Positions 58,177-64,000 of a stretch of DNA of 64,000 nucleotides are shown in pieces. Within the stretch, counting starts at the first letter, position 1; the number at the start of each line of letters is the position of its first letter. The DNA is from Xanthobacteraceae bacterium (GTDB lineage: Bacteria > Pseudomonadota > Alphaproteobacteria > Rhizobiales > Xanthobacteraceae). The notes under the pieces are model-generated. The model had not been told where the DNA came from. It did no database searches and saw only the letters and a program-made list of their open reading frames with translations. A program made the translations under genes and the position numbers. Location of the stretch: assembly GCA_050012575.1 (NCBI GenBank), contig JBEKGX010000020.1:2831-66830 (forward strand), given 5' to 3'.

Positions 58177-60066
58177 ATGCGGATAGCCCGCGGCGCCATG
58201 CCCAACTTAACCCGCCGACGCGTTCTCACGCTCGCTGTTGGAGTGGCGGCCGCAGCGACAAGTCCGGGCATGCGCACTGCCAACGCCGACGCGGATATCG
58301 AATCCCACGGCCTCTCGGCGTTCGGCGATCTCGCCTATCCGGTCGACTTCCGGCACTTCCATTACCTCGATCCGCTGGCACCGAAGGGCGGAACGTTCTC
58401 GCAAATCGGCCCGAACCGGCAATTCAACCAGAACTTCCTGACCTTCAACTCACTCAACAGCTACATCCTCAGGGGCGACGCGGCGCAGGGCATGGAGTTG
58501 ACCTTCGCCACGCTGATGGTGCGCTCCGGTGACGAGCCCGACGCAATGTATGGCCTCGCCGCCGCGAAAGTCGCCCGCTCGGCCGACGGCCTCACCTATC
58601 GGTTCTTGCTGCGGCCCGAGGCTAGTTTCCACGACGGCGCGCGGCTCACCGCCGATGACGTCGCCTTCTCGCTCAATCTCCTCAAGGAGAGGGGCCATCC
58701 GCTGATCACCCAATCTTTGCGCGATTTCACCGGCGCCAAAGCGAGCGATGACGCGAGCGTGGTTGTCACCTTTGCGCCGAACCGCGCCCGCGACGTGCCG
58801 CTCCTGGTCGCCGGCCTGCCGATCTTTTCCCGCGCCTATTACACGACTAGGCCGTTCGATGAATCGACGCTCGAAACGCCGCTCGGCTCCGGCGCCTACA
58901 AGGTCGGCCGCTTCGAGCCCGGCCGCTTCATCGAGTTCGAGCGCGTCAAGGCTTGGTGGGGCGCCGATTTGCCGGTCGCCCGCGGCCAGAACAATTTCGA
59001 CATCGTGCGCTTCGAATATTATCGCGACCGCGAGGTCGGGTTCGAAGGCTTCACCGCCGGAAACTATCTCTTCCGCGAGGAATTCACCTCGCGCACCTGG
59101 GCGACGCGCTACGACTTCCCCGCGATCAAGGATGGCCGCGTCAAAAAGGACATCATTGCCGACGACACGCCATCCGGCGCGCAAGGCTGGTTCATCAATA
59201 TGCGGCGCGCAAAATTCGCCGACCGGCGTTTGCGCGAAGCGCTCTGCGACGCCTTCGATTTCGAATGGACCAACAAGACCATCATGTACGGCTCCTACGA
59301 CCGCACCATCTCGGTATTCCAGAACTCCGACATGATGGCGGCAGGCTTGCCGGGCGCCGACGAGCTGGCTTTACTCGAACCGTTCCGCGGGCGCGTGCCC
59401 AACGAGGTATTCGGCGAGCCCTACGTGCCGCCGGTGTCGGACGGCTCCGGCGCGGACCGCGCGTTGCTGCGCCGGGCCTCGCAGCTCCTCAAAGACGCCG
59501 GCTGTGTCGTCAAGGACGGCAAGCGGGTGCTGCCCGACGGACAAGCGATCGGCATCGAGTTCCTCATCGACGAGCCGACATTCGAGCCGCACCACATGCC
59601 GTTCATCAAAAATCTCAACGTGCTCGGCATCGACGCCTCGTTGCGTATCGTCGATCCGGTGCAATACCGCGCGCGGCGCGACGGCTTCGACTTCGACATC
59701 ACCGTCGATCGCTTCAGCTTTTCATCCACGCCCGGCGATTCGCTGCGATCGTTTTTCTCGTCGCAGGCGGCGGCGCTGAAGGGATCGAATAACCTCGCCG
59801 GCATGGCCGATCCGGCCATCGACGCATTGATCGATGCCGTCATCGCCGCGCCGACGCGGCCGGCGCTGGTCACCGCCTGCCGTGCGCTAGACCGCATCAT
59901 CCGCGCCGGCCGCTACTGGATTCCGCATTGGTACAAGCCTTCGCACTGGATCGCTTATTGGGACGTTTTCGGCAGGCCGGCCGCGCAGCCGCGCTATTTC
60001 CGCGGCATCCCGGAAACCTGGTGGTACGACCGCGACAAGGCAGCGAAAATCCATCGGGCGGGGTAA
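58177..60066 (+). CDS. yejA: second family 5 substrate-binding protein (YejA-type paralogue)
   Basis: 629 aa. The start could instead be the ATG at 58198 (MPNLTRRRVLTLAVGVAAAA, Tat-like). Confidence 0.8.
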   Translation: MRIARGAMPNLTRRRVLTLAVGVAAAATSPGMRTANADADIESHGLSAFGDLAYPVDFRHFHYLDPLAPKGGTFSQIGPNRQFNQNFLTFNSLNSYILRGDAAQGMELTFATLMVRSGDEPDAMYGLAAAKVARSADGLTYRFLLRPEASFHDGARLTADDVAFSLNLLKERGHPLITQSLRDFTGAKASDDASVVVTFAPNRARDVPLLVAGLPIFSRAYYTTRPFDESTLETPLGSGAYKVGRFEPGRFIEFERVKAWWGADLPVARGQNNFDIVRFEYYRDREVGFEGFTAGNYLFREEFTSRTWATRYDFPAIKDGRVKKDIIADDTPSGAQGWFINMRRAKFADRRLREALCDAFDFEWTNKTIMYGSYDRTISVFQNSDMMAAGLPGADELALLEPFRGRVPNEVFGEPYVPPVSDGSGADRALLRRASQLLKDAGCVVKDGKRVLPDGQAIGIEFLIDEPTFEPHHMPFIKNLNVLGIDASLRIVDPVQYRARRDGFDFDITVDRFSFSSTPGDSLRSFFSSQAAALKGSNNLAGMADPAIDALIDAVIAAPTRPALVTACRALDRIIRAGRYWIPHWYKPSHWIAYWDVFGRPAAQPRYFRGIPETWWYDRDKAAKIHRAG

Positions 60067-60075
60067 TCGGGCGTC

Positions 60076-60157
60076 ATGGCCGGACTTGTTCCGGCCATCC
60101 ACGTCTTTAATGTTGCCGCGAAACCAAGCCGTGGATGCCCGGCACAGGGCCGGGCAT
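60076..60157. repeat. pair of inverted REP hairpins
   Basis: ATGGCCGGA-cttgt-TCCGGCCAT (60076-60098) and ATGCCCGGC-acagg-GCCGGGCAT (60135-60157). The two units are reverse complements of each other. Confidence 0.65.
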
Positions 60158-60181
60158 GACGGATTAAACATCGGGAACGAA

Positions 60182-61294
60182 ATGACCGCCTACATCGTCC
60201 GCCGCCTTCTGTTCATGATCCCCACGATCTTCGGGATCATGCTGGTGTCGTTCGTGGTCGTGCAGTTCGCCCCCGGCGGTCCGGTGGAGCGCATCATCGC
60301 GCAGCTCTCCGGCAACGATACCGGCGCGACCTCGCGGATTTCCGGCTCGGCCGGCGGCGACTTCGGCTCGCGTGGCGCGCTGCAAACCGGCGCGCAAATG
60401 GACATCAACGCCAAATATCGCGGCGCGCAGGGCCTCGATCCCGAATTCGTCAAGAGCCTGGAAAAGCAGTTTGGCTTCGACAAGCCGGCCTACGAGCGCT
60501 TTTTCCTCATGCTATGGAACTATGCGCGCTTCGACTTCGGCAAGAGCTATTTCCGCGACGTCAGCGTGCTCGAGCTGATCAAGGAGAAGCTGCCGGTCTC
60601 AATCTCGCTCGGCATCTGGATGACTCTTCTGAGCTATCTGATTTCGATCCCGCTCGGCATCCGCAAGGCCGTGCGCGACGGCTCGCAGTTCGACGTGTGG
60701 ACTTCCGGCGTCATCATCGTCGGCTACGCCATCCCCGGATTCCTGTTCGCGATCCTGCTCATCATTCTGTTCGCCGGCGGCTCCTTCTTCGACATCTTTC
60801 CCCTGCGCGGGCTCACCTCCGACGGCTGGTCGCAATTTCCCTGGTGGCAGAAAATTCTCGACTATTTTTGGCACCTGACGCTGCCGATCGTGTCCATGGG
60901 GCTCGCCGCCTTCGCCACCATGACGCTGCTCACAAAAAATTCGTTCCTCGAGGAATTGCGCAAACAATACGTGCTCACCGCGCGCGCCAAGGGCTGTTCC
61001 GAGCGGCAAGTGCTCTACGGCCACATTTTTCGTAACGCCATGCTGCTGGTCGTCGCCGGCTTTCCCGGAGCGTTCGTCAGCGCGTTCTTCGCCGGCGCGC
61101 TGCTGATCGAGACCATCTTCTCGCTCGATGGGCTCGGCCTGTTGAGCTTCGAGAGCGTGCTCAACCGCGACTACCCAGTGGTGTTCGCCAACCTTTACAT
61201 CTTCGCGCTCGTCGGGCTGATCGTGAACCTGATCTCCGATCTGACCTACACCTGGATCGATCCGCGCATCGATTTCGAGACGCGGGAGGTGTGA
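60182..61294 (+). CDS. yejB: ABC transporter permease (YejB-type)
   Basis: Start MTAYIVRRLLFMIPTIFGIMLVSF. Binding-protein-dependent transport permease. Confidence 0.85.
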   Translation: MTAYIVRRLLFMIPTIFGIMLVSFVVVQFAPGGPVERIIAQLSGNDTGATSRISGSAGGDFGSRGALQTGAQMDINAKYRGAQGLDPEFVKSLEKQFGFDKPAYERFFLMLWNYARFDFGKSYFRDVSVLELIKEKLPVSISLGIWMTLLSYLISIPLGIRKAVRDGSQFDVWTSGVIIVGYAIPGFLFAILLIILFAGGSFFDIFPLRGLTSDGWSQFPWWQKILDYFWHLTLPIVSMGLAAFATMTLLTKNSFLEELRKQYVLTARAKGCSERQVLYGHIFRNAMLLVVAGFPGAFVSAFFAGALLIETIFSLDGLGLLSFESVLNRDYPVVFANLYIFALVGLIVNLISDLTYTWIDPRIDFETREV

Positions 61295-61295
61295 G

Positions 61296-62522
61296 TTGGA
61301 CGTCAAGACCCGCGCCGACGAAGCGATCGAGCCGGCCGGCGATGGCGGGATCAAGCCGCCGATGCGACTTACGCCGGATGCCGAGCCGACCGGACCCCTT
61401 GGGCTGGCGCCCTCGCCGCGGCGGTACGCGCTGTCGCAGATCAACAAACGGCGCTGGCGAAACTTCAAGACCAACCGGCGCGGCTATTGGTCGTTGTGGG
61501 TCTTCCTCGTGCTGTTTGTCATTACGCTGTTCGCGGAATTAATCGCCAACGACAAGCCGCTCTATATCGACTACCAGGGCAAATCCTACTTTCCCGTTTT
61601 CTTTACTTATCCGGAAACCACGTTCGGCGGCGACTTCGAGACCGCGACCGACTATCGCGATCCTTATTTGCAAAAGCTGATCGCGGACAAAGGCGGCACG
61701 ATGATCTGGCCGCCGATCCGCTATTCATATGATACGCACAATCTCGATCTGCCGACGCCGGCGCCGTCGAAACCGACCTGGCTCCTCACGGAGAAGGAAT
61801 GCAAATCGGTGGTCGAACGCAAAGGCCTCAACGGCTGTAACGACCTCGAATACAACTGGGTCGGCACCGACGATGAGGGCCGCGACGTGCTGGCGCGCAT
61901 GATCTACGGCTTCCGCGTCTCGGTCCTGTTCGGTCTTATTCTGACGATCGTCTCATCGATCATCGGCGTCGCCGCCGGCGCCGTGCAGGGTTATTTCGGC
62001 GGCTGGACCGACCTTCTGTTCCAGCGCTTCATCGAAATCTGGACCTCGGTGCCGGAGCTTTATCTGCTGCTCATCATCTCATCGGTGCTGGTGCCCGGTT
62101 TCTTCGTGCTGCTCGGCATTCTTTTGTTGTTTTCCTGGGTCCGGCTGGTCGGCTTGGTGCGCGCCGAGTTCCTGCGCGGCCGCAACTTCGAATACATCCA
62201 GGCGGCACGCGCGCTCGGCGTCTCCAACGCCGTCATCATGTTCCGCCACCTGTTGCCGAACGCCATGGTGGCGACGTTGACGTTCCTGCCGTTCATCATG
62301 TCGTCGTCGGTGATGACGCTCACCGCACTCGATTTCCTCGGCTTTGGGCTGCCGCCCGGATCGCCCTCGCTCGGCGAGCTTCTGTCTCAGGGCAAAGCCA
62401 ACGTGCAGGCGCCGTGGCTTGGACTGACCGGCTTCTGCACCGTGGCGCTGATGCTGTCGCTGCTCATCTTCATCGGCGAGGCCGTGCGCGACGCCTTCGA
62501 TCCGCGAAAGACGTTCACATGA
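61296..62522 (+). CDS. yejE: ABC transporter permease (YejE-type)
   Basis: 408 aa, TTG start 1 nt after the yejB stop, multi-TM. Confidence 0.8.
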   Translation: MDVKTRADEAIEPAGDGGIKPPMRLTPDAEPTGPLGLAPSPRRYALSQINKRRWRNFKTNRRGYWSLWVFLVLFVITLFAELIANDKPLYIDYQGKSYFPVFFTYPETTFGGDFETATDYRDPYLQKLIADKGGTMIWPPIRYSYDTHNLDLPTPAPSKPTWLLTEKECKSVVERKGLNGCNDLEYNWVGTDDEGRDVLARMIYGFRVSVLFGLILTIVSSIIGVAAGAVQGYFGGWTDLLFQRFIEIWTSVPELYLLLIISSVLVPGFFVLLGILLLFSWVRLVGLVRAEFLRGRNFEYIQAARALGVSNAVIMFRHLLPNAMVATLTFLPFIMSSSVMTLTALDFLGFGLPPGSPSLGELLSQGKANVQAPWLGLTGFCTVALMLSLLIFIGEAVRDAFDPRKTFT

Positions 62523-64000
62523 GCGCCGAGCCCCTTCTCTCCGTCCGCGATCTCTCCGTCGCCTTCAGCCATGGAACAGACGGCGGACCGGAAACGCTGG
62601 CCGTCGACCGCATCTCGTTCGACATCGGCAAGGGCGAGACCGTGGCGCTGGTCGGCGAATCCGGCTCCGGCAAATCGGTGACGGCTTTGTCAATCTTAAA
62701 GCTCCTGCCCTATCCGGCGGCGCGCCATCCGTCGGGCGCCATCACGTTCAAGGGCCGCGAGATACTGCAACTTGCCGAACGCGACATGCGGCGCGTGCGC
62801 GGCGACGACATCACCATCGTCTTCCAGGAGCCGATGTCTTCGCTCAATCCGCTGCACACGATCGAGAAACAGATTGGCGAGATTTTGCTGCTGCATCGCG
62901 GCCTCACCGGCGCGGCGGCGCGAGCCCGGACGCTCGAAGTGCTCCACCAGGTCGGCATTCCCGATCCGCAAAGCCGCCTCGGCAGCTACCCGCACCAGCT
63001 TTCCGGCGGCCAGCGCCAGCGCGTCATGATCGCCATGGCGCTCGCCAATGAGCCCGATCTGCTCATTGCCGACGAGCCGACCACCGCGCTCGACGTCACC
63101 GTGCAGGCGCAAATCATCGAGCTGTTGCAGGAAATCCAGCAGCGGCTCGGCATGTCGCTTCTGTTCATCACCCACGATCTCGGCATCGTGCGCAAGATCG
63201 CGCAGAAGGTGTGCGTGATGAAGGACGGCAAGATCGTCGAGCAGGGCGCCGTCGAGCGCGTGTTTGCGGCGCCTACGCATCCCTATACGCGCGCGCTGCT
63301 CGCCGCCGAGCCAAAGCCCGATCCCGCCCCGCCGCAACCCGACGCGCCGATGGTCTTGCAGGCGACCGACCTCAAGGTCTGGTTTCCGATCAAGCGCGGT
63401 CTGATGCGCAAGGTCGTCGGCCACATCAAGGCCGTCGACGGCGTTAGCGTCGAGCTGCGCAAGGGCGAAACGCTCGGCGTCGTCGGCGAATCGGGTTCCG
63501 GCAAGACCACGTTGGGCTTAGCCATCCTGCGCCTGATTTCCTCGCAGGGGCCGATCGTCTTCATGGGCCACGCGCTGCAAGGCTTGCGCTTCAAGCAAAT
63601 GCGGCCATTCCGCCGCGATATGCAGATCGTGTTCCAGGACCCTTACGGCTCGCTGTCGCCGCGGCTGTCGGTCGCCGAGATCATCAAGGAGGGGCTACAG
63701 GTGCACCATCCGCAAATGGCCGAGCGCGAGCGCGACGAGCGGGTGATCCGGGCGCTCGGCGACGTTGGGCTCGATCCGGCGACGCGCTTTCGCTTCCCGC
63801 ACGAATTTTCCGGCGGTCAGCGGCAACGCATCGCGGTGGCGCGCGCGATCGTGCTCGAGCCGACCTTCGTCGTGCTCGACGAGCCGACCAGCGCGCTCGA
63901 TATGCTCATTCAGTCGCAGATGGTCGATCTGCTGCGCGAGCTGCAAAAGCGGCGCAATCTGACTTATCTCTTCATCTCGCACGATCTGCGCGTCGTCGCC
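62519..64000 (+). CDS. yejF: ABC transporter ATP-binding protein with two ATPase domains (YejF-type), 3' end outside the window
   Basis: Own translation: [49 protein letters not shown]... ATGA overlap with the yejE stop. Runs to the window edge. Confidence 0.85.
   Translation, partial: MSAEPLLSVRDLSVAFSHGTDGGPETLAVDRISFDIGKGETVALVGESGSGKSVTALSILKLLPYPAARHPSGAITFKGREILQLAERDMRRVRGDDITIVFQEPMSSLNPLHTIEKQIGEILLLHRGLTGAAARARTLEVLHQVGIPDPQSRLGSYPHQLSGGQRQRVMIAMALANEPDLLIADEPTTALDVTVQAQIIELLQEIQQRLGMSLLFITHDLGIVRKIAQKVCVMKDGKIVEQGAVERVFAAPTHPYTRALLAAEPKPDPAPPQPDAPMVLQATDLKVWFPIKRGLMRKVVGHIKAVDGVSVELRKGETLGVVGESGSGKTTLGLAILRLISSQGPIVFMGHALQGLRFKQMRPFRRDMQIVFQDPYGSLSPRLSVAEIIKEGLQVHHPQMAERERDERVIRALGDVGLDPATRFRFPHEFSGGQRQRIAVARAIVLEPTFVVLDEPTSALDMLIQSQMVDLLRELQKRRNLTYLFISHDLRVVA

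Overview
High-GC alphaproteobacterial chromosome segment. The GC-rich REP hairpins and gene content look Bradyrhizobiaceae/Nitrobacteraceae-like (inference only). It falls into three parts. (1) 1-8000: small orphan ORFs, a cupin, a three-subunit molybdo-hydroxylase operon (2Fe-2S subunit, Tat-exported Mo-pterin subunit, triheme cytochrome c) and a Liv-type binding protein. (2) ~8019-34426: a mosaic accessory region ending at an intact tRNA-Ser(GGA) gene. It holds exact 13/14-nt copies of the tRNA 3' end, a dispersed repeat family, a decayed integrase stub and several pseudogenes. It also holds two AT-richer orphan modules (8.0-9.9 kb, and 21.6-22.9 kb with a lone UDG-superfamily-like gene). 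The bulk is a large CoA-dependent catabolic supercluster: TetR regulator, paired MaoC hydratases, two acyl-CoA ligases, a Liv-type ABC importer, SDR, ferredoxin-P450, acyl-CoA dehydrogenases, an NMO-family enzyme and a crotonase. (3) 34.5-64 kb: mostly core genes (mobA/mobB, polA, hrpB, cspA, phosphomannomutase, pheA, kdsB, membrane cytochrome c, yejABEF-type importer) interspersed with REP hairpins. One GC-rich element here is translated in frame inside both polA and hrpB. No CRISPR array, rRNA or intact IS/transposase was seen, and no textbook defence or secretion system. The most interesting candidates are the tRNA-Ser accretion array and the orphan modules it carries. Start codons were refined by eye from the ORF track; coordinates read off the sequence may be off by 1 nt.
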